The notes under the pieces were generated by a model. It ran no database searches. It had not been told where the DNA came from and was given only the letters and a program-made list of their open reading frames with translations. A stretch of DNA of 63,907 nt, taken from the NCBI GenBank assembly GCA_016930135.1, contig JAFGHM010000083.1, forward strand, positions 1 to 63,907, in the 5' to 3' direction. The stretch comes from Thermoplasmatota archaeon. Lineage in GTDB: Archaea > Thermoplasmatota > Thermoplasmata > UBA10834. Below are positions 1-8,562 of this stretch, in pieces (position 1 is the stretch's first letter; each line of letters begins with the position of its first letter). The position numbers and the translations under genes were made by a program.

Positions 1-492
1 AACATTCCCTGGATCCATGGCCACGGCCACCAGGAAAGTGGCTCCTGCCCCGCTGAGCTCGTTGGCGCCGGAGATTCCGTGCATGTGCGGGTTGATGTGC
101 ACCACAGAGCTGAAATCTGTGAGCAGAGCCTGACCTTTGCGCATTGCGCTTGATGCTGTGGGTTCCGGCACATGGTGGTCGGACACGACGGCCTTTGCGC
201 CCTCGAACTTGGACAGGGAGCCGCTCCCCAGGTCGGTGAGCCAGAGGGCGTCAGAAGGCCTGCTGCGCAGCGAGTCCACGGCCGCCTGGTCGAGCTTCTT
301 GAAGAATTCGACCTCGGACCTCACATGCGCGCGCGTGAGCGCACTTTTGGCTATCGCTGCAGCTGCCACGCCATCGGCATCTATGTGGGATGCGACCCGG
401 ACGAGCTCACAGCGCCTCAGCTCCTCTGCGCCCTTCCGAGCGGAAGACCACATCGCTTCCGGGATAGATGATACCAGGGATTCCAGGGTCAT
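1..492 (-). CDS. DHH-family phosphoesterase, RecJ-like (first 164 codons; ORF runs off the left window edge)
   Basis: Absent from the ORF track because it is truncated. Hand translation of the reverse strand from ATG 492-490 gives MTLESLVSSIPEAMW..VRVASHIDADGVAAAAIAKS..AVVSDHHVPE..NPHMHGISGANELSGAGATF. The DHH-family motifs (HxDxDG, DHH) appear in the usual order. Confidence 0.75.
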   Translation of the reverse strand, partial: MTLESLVSSIPEAMWSSARKGAEELRRCELVRVASHIDADGVAAAAIAKSALTRAHVRSEVEFFKKLDQAAVDSLRSRPSDALWLTDLGSGSLSKFEGAKAVVSDHHVPEPTASSAMRKGQALLTDFSSVVHINPHMHGISGANELSGAGATFLVAVAMDPGNV

Positions 493-493
493 C

Positions 494-643
494 TCATAAC
501 CTCACGATTCCCAGCTCTTTGATGGCGAGGACAACGACGAAGGCTATGCCGATGAGCATAATCAACTTCACTGACCTGCTGATTAGGAATATGATCAGAG
601 CGAACGCGACAAGTGCGATCAACAGAGCCAGAAGTGCTTCCAT
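494..643 (-). CDS. possible 49-aa single-pass membrane micro-protein
   Basis: Hand-translated: MEALLALLIALVAFALIIFLISRSVKLIMLIGIAFVVVLAIKELGIVRL. Its TGA (496-494) lies 1 nt before the ATG of the DHH gene, which suggests coupling. It is below the ORF-track size cutoff. Confidence 0.35.
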   Translation of the reverse strand: MEALLALLIALVAFALIIFLISRSVKLIMLIGIAFVVVLAIKELGIVRL

Positions 644-671
644 CCCGAGACCACAACTCACAGGGCGCTAT

Positions 672-1466
672 TCAATCTTTGCAGAAACGGTCGTGAGTGC
701 CCAGGGTCAGTCTACTGAGGTGCCTGTATGCATGTTCCGACAGGGCCTTGAGATTCCTGCAGTCCGCTTCGTTGTACTCCATCAGCAGCTCGAGCGCGTT
801 CCTCTTTCCCTCCCGCTCCCACAGCCGCCAGAGGTACACCGCGTCCTCCCCGGTCATGTACTCAAGACGCCTGTCCCGCTCGAGCCCCAGCTCCCTTTCG
901 ATGCGCTTCAGCCCTCCGGTGAGGCCGAGCCTGCGCAGGGGATATCTCAAATCCACGTGCGGGACGGCGGGGACAGCGCCCGGGAACTGCGCTTCGATTA
1001 TCGGGAGGTCGAAGCCAGCCCCGTTGTAGGTCACGATGATCTCCACCGAGCCGAGAAGGGCCTTCACGTTCCGTGTGTTTAGATCTCGTCCCCGAAGGAG
1101 CGTATGCATACGCCTGCCATCGAACACGCCCAATACCGTGATGGGAGACCAAAGAGAGAGTCCGGTCGTCTCGATGTCCACAAACGCCACGGACCTGCCG
1201 AAGTCGCTGAGGCATCTCCAATGCTCCCTTCGCGAGACCTTGCGCGCGAAATATGAAGAATCGTGCGCCTCCAGCCTAGCCCTCGCAATCTCAAGTTCGT
1301 CGTCCATGCGCGACTTGCTCTCCTCGGAGATGCCCTTGATGCGACTCTCGGCCTCGAAGTCATCCCATGTGAGCACCCCGAACCTCCAGAGGGAGCGCTC
1401 TCTTTGGGTGCCCACTCCGTCAAGCAGTATGAACGAGTTCCTTAGCATCTGGCACAGGGACGTCAC
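672..1466 (-). CDS. RNase H-fold (DEDD-type) exonuclease, YprB-like
   Basis: 264-aa ORF with exonuclease motifs FVDIETTG and YNGAGFDLP, followed by a helical C-terminal region. Confidence 0.8.
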   Translation of the reverse strand: MTSLCQMLRNSFILLDGVGTQRERSLWRFGVLTWDDFEAESRIKGISEESKSRMDDELEIARARLEAHDSSYFARKVSRREHWRCLSDFGRSVAFVDIETTGLSLWSPITVLGVFDGRRMHTLLRGRDLNTRNVKALLGSVEIIVTYNGAGFDLPIIEAQFPGAVPAVPHVDLRYPLRRLGLTGGLKRIERELGLERDRRLEYMTGEDAVYLWRLWEREGKRNALELLMEYNEADCRNLKALSEHAYRHLSRLTLGTHDRFCKD

Positions 1467-1522
1467 GGAGGGCTATTTAAGTCGTCCTGGGCCTGCTGAA
1501 TGTGCCCCGAAGGTTGTTAATC

Positions 1523-2284
1523 ATGGTGCGCACATCACACCCCGAGACAGTGAGAGGCTACAGGGTAGCGGACAACATCGAGGTCTTCCCAGGCGGAGCT
1601 GCACTGTTGCTGGATGGCAACGTGCTTGTGGTGGCAGACTTGCACCTCGGATACGAGGCCGCTCTCGAAGATGAGGGTCTGAGCATCCCCCGAGTACAGA
1701 CCAGCAAGATAGGGCAGTATCTGATGGAGGTGATTGACGAAGTCCGCCCGTCTAGGTTGATAGTTGCCGGGGACATGAAGCACAACTTCTCAAGGAACCT
1801 GACGCAGGAGTGGCAGGACGTGGATAGGTTCGTGAGAATGCTCAGCGGGCGCGTGAAGCTCGAGGTCATCAAGGGCAATCACGACAACTACCTCGGAGCT
1901 ATCCTTGGCGGATACGGGGTCCCCCTATCAATGGAGACGGACTGCGCAGGAGTCCGCATACTACACGGCCATAGGGGTGCGCTCAAGCATGGCATGACGA
2001 TAATGGGACACATTCATCCCTCGATACGACTGCGGGACAGTGTTGGTGCGACCCTCAAGAATCCGTGCTTCCTCTTCGATCCCAAGCTCAAGGTCCTGGT
2101 GCTGCCAGCGCTGAGCTTGGTATCTCCTGGCACCGACATCATCGGACAAGTGTGGGCAGACGGCGTTTCGCCGTTGCTTCCGGAGACCGGCCTATCGACT
2201 TTCGAGCCGATTGCCTTCTCGGGGACCAAACCCCTTATATTCCCCACGGTCGCCAAGCTCCGCATGCTTCGCCAAGACGACTGA
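1523..2284 (+). CDS. metallophosphoesterase, archaeal SbcD/Mre11-related type
   Basis: ORF 1502..2284; the ATG at 1523 is preferred over the GTG at 1502. Motifs VVADLHLG, AGDMKHN, GNHD, HGH, GHIHP. Confidence 0.85.
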   Translation: MVRTSHPETVRGYRVADNIEVFPGGAALLLDGNVLVVADLHLGYEAALEDEGLSIPRVQTSKIGQYLMEVIDEVRPSRLIVAGDMKHNFSRNLTQEWQDVDRFVRMLSGRVKLEVIKGNHDNYLGAILGGYGVPLSMETDCAGVRILHGHRGALKHGMTIMGHIHPSIRLRDSVGATLKNPCFLFDPKLKVLVLPALSLVSPGTDIIGQVWADGVSPLLPETGLSTFEPIAFSGTKPLIFPTVAKLRMLRQDD

Positions 2285-2375
2285 GGACAGGATATCGCAC
2301 TGGCCAGGATATCTGGGGGGCTAGACGAAAACATTATTAGCAACAAATGCTAGTCCGCCTCAAGGGGAGTCAAGA

Positions 2376-2630
2376 ATGGCTGACGAGAAGAAGTTGTCTA
2401 TAAGCGAGGTGAGGAAGACTATCGCCGTGTCTCTAGCCGCAGCATTCGGCTTCGTCATCGCTCTGTTGTGGAATGAAGTGGTGAAGGCCGGCATCGCCTT
2501 GGCGGGCGTGAAACTCACCCCCGAAGAGATAAGCCTGATAGGCTGGCTCGGTTACGTCGTGGTTGCGGTGGTTATCACAGTCGTGATGATCATCCTCATC
2601 ATCGTGATCGGCCGCTGGGGCAACAAGTAG
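2376..2630 (+). CDS. small two-TM membrane protein (DUF5654-like)
   Basis: 84-aa ORF with two hydrophobic helices (IAVSLAAAFGFVIALLW; GWLGYVVVAVVITVVMIILIIVIG). A hairpin plus T-run follows directly. Confidence 0.7.
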   Translation: MADEKKLSISEVRKTIAVSLAAAFGFVIALLWNEVVKAGIALAGVKLTPEEISLIGWLGYVVVAVVITVVMIILIIVIGRWGNK

Positions 2631-2649
2631 TCGACACGGGCCTCAGTCA

Positions 2650-2695
2650 CCCGGGATTGCGAATCCCGGGCGCGAAACCCCAATCTCCGGTTTTT
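2650..2695 (+). terminator. 8-bp stem hairpin followed by a T5 run
   Basis: cccgggat-tgcga-atcccggg at 2650..2670, then ttttt at 2691..2695. It lies just downstream of the 2376..2630 gene. Confidence 0.5.
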
Positions 2696-2780
2696 CATCG
2701 ACTGATTGTCGGGACTCTGTCGCGCATCCGAAAAACCTTATGTACGCGCAGACTAATGCTCAGGATGCCAGGTGGTCCAG

Positions 2781-3980
2781 ATGGCTAAGGGCATCTATGT
2801 CAGCGACGTCGACGTCGAGATGTCGAAGGACGTGGAGAGCCTCAGGATCGACAGGCACCTCGTCGCCGACCTGTCCGCGATGCTCCCTGGGCGCAGGCGG
2901 AAGATGCTCGATCGAATCGAGGAGTACGCCCACAAGAACCCGCTCGCCATAATCCCGATTCTCGTCAAGCACTACGATTCCGACATCCCGAAGGTGAGGA
3001 AGCAGGTCAGGGACAGCCTCGTGAGACTGACCCAGTCCGAGGTTGGGGAGCTGGCACTGGTCGAATGCGTCTTCAGCCGGCACGCGCAGATCGCATCGAC
3101 GGCGGCCGCAGTCCTCGAGGGCAGGGGGTTCAACAGCGTGAACTTCCTTTCGTACTACAGGCAGGCGGAGGCCCTCGTGATGCGTGCGAGGAAGGACGAT
3201 GTCTTCTGCCAGGACATTGAAGAGCTGATTTCGGATTCGATAGACACGTACAAGGAGGGCAGATTCGACCAGGCCATGACCAACATGATGATGGCCAAGG
3301 ACCTCCTCGAGGACAGGCTCGATTGGCACGGCCACCTCAGGGGCTATATCAAGGACGTGCTCAAGCTGACGCCGATGTTGAGCAGGAGCGGCGTGCAGAT
3401 AGACGGCATCCAGGATTCCATCCGGAACGTGGCGAAGGCGATGCAGGACAGGGAGTACACGGAAGCCAAGACTCTTCTAGACCTCCGCCGGGAGGAGACG
3501 CACCTGTGGAAGCAGCTCTGGAGCCTGAACGAGTACATAACCAAACGCGTCAAGGCGAAACCTCTGACAGAGCTCATGGTCCTCAAGGATGCGGACAAGT
3601 CTCTCATCGAGTCATTCCGGTCGATCAGGGAGGAAGTCGAGGAGATGACCCAAGAAGGCCGGGCCGTGGAGGCCTTGAGGGTGATCGAGGAGTTCCTCAG
3701 GGACGAGATATCATCCGGCTACCTGACCCGCGAGGGAAAGCGCCTGGACTCCAAGGACGAGGCCGCATGGTACTCAATGTGGGTCGTATCTCTTGGCGTT
3801 CTCAAGATGCTCGCACCCATAGTCCCGAACCTCGCCGAGGAGTTCTATCAGCAATACTTCAGGGACAGAGAGGGGGCTCCCAGCATACACACGGTGGACT
3901 GGCCGGAGCCCTTCGCGAAGGGGGGGTCGAGAAGAGTTGCTCCCAGACGCCCCAAGAAGGCGAAATCCCGCTCGGGCTGA
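2781..3980 (+). CDS. hypothetical protein: helical N-terminal region plus a class Ia aminoacyl-tRNA-synthetase-type anticodon-binding domain, with no catalytic core
   Basis: ORF 2772..3980, ATG at 2781. The C-terminal ~130 aa (DKSLIESFRSIREEVEEMTQEGRAVEALRVIEEFLRDEISSGYL..AAWYSMWVVSLGVLKMLAPIVPNLAEEFYQ..SIHTVDWPEP) follow the Ile/Val/Leu-RS anticodon-binding pattern (LAPxxPxxAEExx...S[IV]H...WP). I saw no HIGH or KMSKS motif. Confidence 0.6.
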   Translation: MAKGIYVSDVDVEMSKDVESLRIDRHLVADLSAMLPGRRRKMLDRIEEYAHKNPLAIIPILVKHYDSDIPKVRKQVRDSLVRLTQSEVGELALVECVFSRHAQIASTAAAVLEGRGFNSVNFLSYYRQAEALVMRARKDDVFCQDIEELISDSIDTYKEGRFDQAMTNMMMAKDLLEDRLDWHGHLRGYIKDVLKLTPMLSRSGVQIDGIQDSIRNVAKAMQDREYTEAKTLLDLRREETHLWKQLWSLNEYITKRVKAKPLTELMVLKDADKSLIESFRSIREEVEEMTQEGRAVEALRVIEEFLRDEISSGYLTREGKRLDSKDEAAWYSMWVVSLGVLKMLAPIVPNLAEEFYQQYFRDREGAPSIHTVDWPEPFAKGGSRRVAPRRPKKAKSRSG

Positions 3981-3986
3981 CTTCAT

Positions 3987-4820
3987 CTAGACCTTTGGCG
4001 ACCAGTACCTGCCCTTCCTCTTCGCGTCCATGGACAAGAGCAGACGCATGCCCTCGATGCCCACGCGTATGCAGTCCGTCATGCTCTGCTCGAAGTCAAC
4101 GATCTTCTCTGTCGGGTGCCAGGGGACGACATCGGATATCGTGCATATCGCGCCAGCCCTCAGGCCCATAAGCGAGCAGAGGGTGAATATGGTGCCGTTC
4201 TCCATCTCGATGTTCTTCGCACCCATCTTCTTCGCATCAGATAACCGGTCCACCATAAAAGAGGGCATGTACCCGCTCTGGGACATTGGGCGGAGTTGGC
4301 CATTCTTCATGACCTTGTTCTCGCTGTAGAGTCCGTCGACGGAGAAGCAAATGCCGACATCGAACTTGGCGTCCAGCTTCTGGGCGCCCCCGATGAGCGC
4401 CAGCACCACCTCGTGGTTCGCCAGTGCAGGGTATGTCGCCCAGGCATAGCTCCTGCTTGTGCCGTCGGCTCTGATCGCGCCCGTGGATATGACGAGGTCT
4501 CCCTTCTCAAGTCCGTCCGCTATTCCGCCACTTGTGCCTATCCTGACGAATGTCTGAGCGCCGAGATTTGCCAGCTCCTCCACGAGTATCGCTGTGGACG
4601 GTCCTCCGATGCCTGTGGAGGCCACGGTCATCTCCGTACCGTCGAGAATGCCTCCGTAGACGGTGTACTCTCTGACCTGTCTGATTTTCGTGTGGCCGGA
4701 AAGCATCGCCGCGATTTTCGGTACGCGTTCTGGCTCTCCGCACAGGAAGACATACTTCGAGACCTCACCGGGCTCGAGCCCGGTGATCAGCTGCTTCTGC
4801 ATATCAACCGCACCATCCAT
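3987..4820 (-). CDS. udp: uridine phosphorylase-like nucleoside phosphorylase (PNP/UDP family 1)
   Basis: ORF 3987..4880; an internal ATG at 4820 (MDGAVDMQKQ) fits family length. Motifs GEPERVPKIAAML, STGIGGPSTAILVEEL, RIGTSGG, EMENGT. Confidence 0.75.
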   Translation of the reverse strand: MDGAVDMQKQLITGLEPGEVSKYVFLCGEPERVPKIAAMLSGHTKIRQVREYTVYGGILDGTEMTVASTGIGGPSTAILVEELANLGAQTFVRIGTSGGIADGLEKGDLVISTGAIRADGTSRSYAWATYPALANHEVVLALIGGAQKLDAKFDVGICFSVDGLYSENKVMKNGQLRPMSQSGYMPSFMVDRLSDAKKMGAKNIEMENGTIFTLCSLMGLRAGAICTISDVVPWHPTEKIVDFEQSMTDCIRVGIEGMRLLLSMDAKRKGRYWSPKV

Positions 4821-4885
4821 CTTGGTCTCCTCAGAAATGCAGGTGAGGATAGATAAGCTCGATGGACGGGCCATCGTCATGCAAG

Positions 4886-5884
4886 CTATGTGATGATGAG
4901 CAACGCCACGGAGAGCACCATCCCGAAATAGGTGCTCATCAGCACCACGCCCCCGATCTGCGATATCCTCATGCCCCTGAGCATGAACACCAGCACGAGG
5001 AATGTCGAGAGGTTGAGGACGACAATAAGGGGCAGTATCTCCGCGCGGCCGAACTCGAAGGGCTTTGTTATGCCCATGAGGCCGAGGGTCAGGAGCACGG
5101 TGACGATGCTCGCCCCTATGCCCTCCCCGAGCGCCAGATCTCCGAACCCCCTCCTGGCCGCGTGGAAGGAGGCTGCTATGTCAGGGAGGGTCGTCCCCAG
5201 CGCAACGACCGATATCCCCAGGAGCCAGGGGTCTATCCCGAAATCGTCGGTCAGCGTGAGGGCCCCCCTGACGACGAACTCCGCGCCCATGACGGTCCAC
5301 AGGATGCCGAACACCAGCCATTGTGGCCCTGCCCTTATCTCGATCCTCCGGCCGAATATGTTCCCCATGAGCTCGAGCTGTATCATGGCGTCCTCCATGC
5401 TCTTCTCGAGCTGTTTCTCGTCAGTGCCCCTCTTGACGAGCAGGAGGTTCATCGTGTACGGGATGAAGAGCATCATGAGGGCGACGCCCTCGAAGAACGA
5501 GAGCGCGCAGTCGAGCAGGAGAACAGAGGCAACGATTGTGACGGTCATCAGGAACACGGCGTCCCGCATTATCATCTCCCTTGTGACCTTGAGGGGCACC
5601 ATGACGGCCGTGAGGCCTATGACGAACGCAATGGTTACGACGTTGGATGCGATCCCGTTGCCCAGAGCGAGCTCTTCGGACCCCTCCCCGAGGGCTATCA
5701 GGGAGACGAGCACCTCGGGCATTGCAGCCAGCGTCGAGACAACAAGCATGCCGATGACGAACCTGCTTATGTTGAATGATCTCGACAGTGCGAGGGCGTT
5801 GTCCGTGATGAACTTCGCCCCTTGGTTCAAGACCACGAAGCCTATGGCTATTATGGGTATGACCAAGAGAGACCAAGGATCCAA
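4886..5884 (-). CDS. Ca2+/cation antiporter, CaCA family (YrbG-like)
   Basis: 332-aa polytopic membrane ORF with two alpha-repeat-like segments (STLAAMPEVLVSL; LGTTLPDIAASF) separated by a hydrophilic loop. Confidence 0.85.
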   Translation of the reverse strand: MDPWSLLVIPIIAIGFVVLNQGAKFITDNALALSRSFNISRFVIGMLVVSTLAAMPEVLVSLIALGEGSEELALGNGIASNVVTIAFVIGLTAVMVPLKVTREMIMRDAVFLMTVTIVASVLLLDCALSFFEGVALMMLFIPYTMNLLLVKRGTDEKQLEKSMEDAMIQLELMGNIFGRRIEIRAGPQWLVFGILWTVMGAEFVVRGALTLTDDFGIDPWLLGISVVALGTTLPDIAASFHAARRGFGDLALGEGIGASIVTVLLTLGLMGITKPFEFGRAEILPLIVVLNLSTFLVLVFMLRGMRISQIGGVVLMSTYFGMVLSVALLIIT

Positions 5885-5977
5885 TTTGCCCCATCCCTTG
5901 CGCTCTTCTTGGCGAGGTACATGCCATACGCCTTCTTATGGCTTTTCGGGCTCGTTGCGACCTCTTGGGCAAGTTTG

Positions 5978-6472
5978 ATGCCCTCGTCCGCCCTGACATG
6001 GCCCGTGAAGGGAGTATACTGTGTCATAGCCGCCCTGGGTGAGGGAAAGCGTATCAAGGTCGGGTCCCTGGGGGAGATCGAGTTCCCAGCGGGCGTGTAC
6101 GTGTATGTGGGCTCGGGGATGGCAGGGGTGGAGCAAAGGATCGAAAGACACGGCCGGAAGCAGAAGAGAAAGCGCTGGCACATCGACTACCTGATGGAGG
6201 AGGCGGAGTTCATCGCCTCGGCGGCCATCCCGTGCGAGGCGAAGGAGGTGGAGTGTGCAGCTGCGCTCTCCCTTGGGCACGCGGACGGTGCCGTCGGCAC
6301 TGTGAAGGGCTTCGGCTGCTCGGACTGTAACTGCGATTCACACCTCATCTACTTCGGCGACGTCGACCCTGAGTGGGTGGCAGAGGCGATATCTCTCCGG
6401 CTGTCCATGCTCGATTGCGTCTACCCGAGCAAGGACAACGGCAGACGATGGGCGGCCCGCGACAGGGAATAG
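5978..6472 (+). CDS. GIY-YIG superfamily protein, DUF123-type
   Basis: ORF 5822..6472; the ATG at 5978 gives about 164 aa. Core GVYVYVGSGMAGVEQRIERHGRKQKRKRWHIDYL matches the DUF123 signature. Cys/His cluster GCSDCNCDSH. Confidence 0.75.
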   Translation: MPSSALTWPVKGVYCVIAALGEGKRIKVGSLGEIEFPAGVYVYVGSGMAGVEQRIERHGRKQKRKRWHIDYLMEEAEFIASAAIPCEAKEVECAAALSLGHADGAVGTVKGFGCSDCNCDSHLIYFGDVDPEWVAEAISLRLSMLDCVYPSKDNGRRWAARDRE

Positions 6473-6495
6473 CATTTTATCGAGAGTCCATCGTT

Positions 6496-7284
6496 ATGGT
6501 ACTCGGAATGGCGCAGGAACTAGAATTGACACTTGTGTTCATAGTGGTCGGGCTCTCACTCCTACTGATATATCTCTACATCACCACGATAGAGAAGGTC
6601 CTTGAGAAGGTAGGTTTCACAAAGGGCGAGGCCAGCAGCATACTCTTTCTGACGCTCTTCTTCGGCTGGATCACGATACCGATGTTCCCGTACCCCGGAA
6701 CCGAATGGTGGGTCGGGATAAGTCTTGGCGGGGGCATCATACCGATCGTGATCTGCAGCATACTCCTGAAGTCCAAGAGAGTGAGCCTCGCCGAGGGCTT
6801 CATCGGTCTTGTGATAGTCGCCACAGTGACCTACTTCGTCACCAGGCCCGAGGAGGGCGTGGGCATAGTCGCAGAGGTGCCCTGGGCCTTCATGCCGGCG
6901 ATAGCCGCCGGACTCTATTCGGTCTCCGCGTTCTGGCTCGACATAAGGAGGGCCGCTCCTCTGGCGTATTTCTCGGGGGTGACCGGAACGCTCGTGGGTG
7001 CGGACGTGTTCCACCTCCAGGAGATACTCAGCTACCCCCCGCCCGCCGAAAGCACGTTCCCTCTGCTGAGCATAGGCGGTGCGAACATATTCGACATGGT
7101 CTACATCAGCGGCATCGTGGCGGTCCTCGTCGGTGTGCTGATATTCTGGTATGACAGGCAGCGGAGGAAGCTGGGCTTCGAGAGGTTCATTGCTGACTGG
7201 CGCGCGGGTGCCGAAGGCCTTCCGTACGCGAAGGAGCCAACCCCGTCCAAGACGCTGAGGCCGGATAGGAGGGGCAGGCTCTAG
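6496..7284 (+). CDS. DUF1614-like integral membrane protein
   Basis: ORF 6373..7284, ATG at 6496 (MVLGMAQ). Multiple TM helices and glycine-rich segments ISLGGGIIPIV and SIGGANIFDMVY. Confidence 0.7.
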   Translation: MVLGMAQELELTLVFIVVGLSLLLIYLYITTIEKVLEKVGFTKGEASSILFLTLFFGWITIPMFPYPGTEWWVGISLGGGIIPIVICSILLKSKRVSLAEGFIGLVIVATVTYFVTRPEEGVGIVAEVPWAFMPAIAAGLYSVSAFWLDIRRAAPLAYFSGVTGTLVGADVFHLQEILSYPPPAESTFPLLSIGGANIFDMVYISGIVAVLVGVLIFWYDRQRRKLGFERFIADWRAGAEGLPYAKEPTPSKTLRPDRRGRL

Positions 7285-7301
7285 GCCATCCGACAGATGC
7301 C

Positions 7302-8459
7302 CTATGTTCTTGCGCGCACGCCCGCATAGGCGATGGCGACCACGGATGCAAGGGCGAGCGCCGATGCGATGACGAACGCGTAGCCGGGGTCACCCGTGGC
7401 GTCTGCCACTATCCCCGACGCGTACACCAAGGCCGCACCTCCGCCGAGCTGAAAGCCGAACAGTATGCCGAACGCAGTGCCCCGCTCCTCCACGTCTGTT
7501 GCGTCACTGACGATGGCGAAGAGAGCTGGATAGGTTATGAACAGAACAGCTCCGTATATGACCAGCGCAGGCCCGACGACGAACCAGCTGGTGGATATCG
7601 CAAGCACCAAGACTCCGAGAGCGGAGACGGCGTATCCTGCGAGGAGCAGGTGCGTCTTGCCGTATGAAGCGCTGAGCCTTCCGAAGAAGTAAGAGGTGAC
7701 AGTGCCAACGCCTATCCACATCGCGAACATGAGGTCGGCTGTTCCTGCGGACCAACCGCCCCCGCTCGTCAGGTTGACGGGTCCGAAGTAGCTCGTGATC
7801 TGGTAGAGCGCGCCCCCCGCGACGATGGGGACCACCAGCGGGAGCATCTTCGACATCGTGCGTTCCGACCTGATTGTCTTCCCTCGGCCAGGTGACCTCG
7901 TCCTGATGCTCTCATCCTCTATCAGGAAAAGACCCAAGAGCACGGCGGCGAAGTCCAGCCCGGCCCAGAGTGCGCAGGGTGCTCTCCACCCGAACGCCTC
8001 TCCGAGAAACCCGGATGTGCCGAGTGCGATGATTACTCCGAAGTTGCCCACGCTGCTCTGGACTCCAAGTGCTGTCTCCAGGTACTTCCCGGAATATTCG
8101 CGCGTTATCCAGCTGGTGCCAACCGGGTGATAGAAGGACGCCCCCACTCGCATCACGGCCACCGCAAGGAACAGGGCGAGGAACTCGTTCACGAAGAGCA
8201 TCAGAACGAACGAGAGCCCCATCAAGCCTGCGCCGAGCTCGAGCAAATACCTGGAGAAGACGCGGTCTGCGAACCTTCCGACCACGTACTGCACGGCCAC
8301 GGTGATGAGCAGTGCGAACCCGAGCAGGCCGACCTCGTAGTATGAGATGCCCATCACATGCACGAGGAGCGGTATCAGGGCGACAAGGGCCATCAGGGTC
8401 CCGTCGTTACATGCATGATGGAAGCTTATGACCCACAGCAGCCTCGGCGGTCTCTGCAT
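7302..8459 (-). CDS. MFS transporter
   Basis: ORF 7302..8576; the ATG at 8459 (MQRPPRLLWVISFHHACNDG) is preferred. About 12 hydrophobic segments and an MFS loop motif GRFADRV. Confidence 0.85.
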   Translation of the reverse strand: MQRPPRLLWVISFHHACNDGTLMALVALIPLLVHVMGISYYEVGLLGFALLITVAVQYVVGRFADRVFSRYLLELGAGLMGLSFVLMLFVNEFLALFLAVAVMRVGASFYHPVGTSWITREYSGKYLETALGVQSSVGNFGVIIALGTSGFLGEAFGWRAPCALWAGLDFAAVLLGLFLIEDESIRTRSPGRGKTIRSERTMSKMLPLVVPIVAGGALYQITSYFGPVNLTSGGGWSAGTADLMFAMWIGVGTVTSYFFGRLSASYGKTHLLLAGYAVSALGVLVLAISTSWFVVGPALVIYGAVLFITYPALFAIVSDATDVEERGTAFGILFGFQLGGGAALVYASGIVADATGDPGYAFVIASALALASVVAIAYAGVRART

Positions 8460-8562
8460 TCGGTTCAGAGGTCGGCAACGCCGAAGCTCCATAACTTCCT
8501 TGTGCGAAAGTATTATTCGCCCGTGGGCTCGTCCTGCCGGGGTGAAGAGATTCCCGAGCGGG

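Noticed and set aside
2650-2670. Hairpin ccggga-ttgcgaa-tcccgg resembling a tRNA T-arm.
   Set aside because: The loop does not fit the TTCRANY consensus. The ~50 nt upstream that would have to form the rest of a tRNA lie inside the 2376..2630 coding sequence. A terminator hairpin explains it better.
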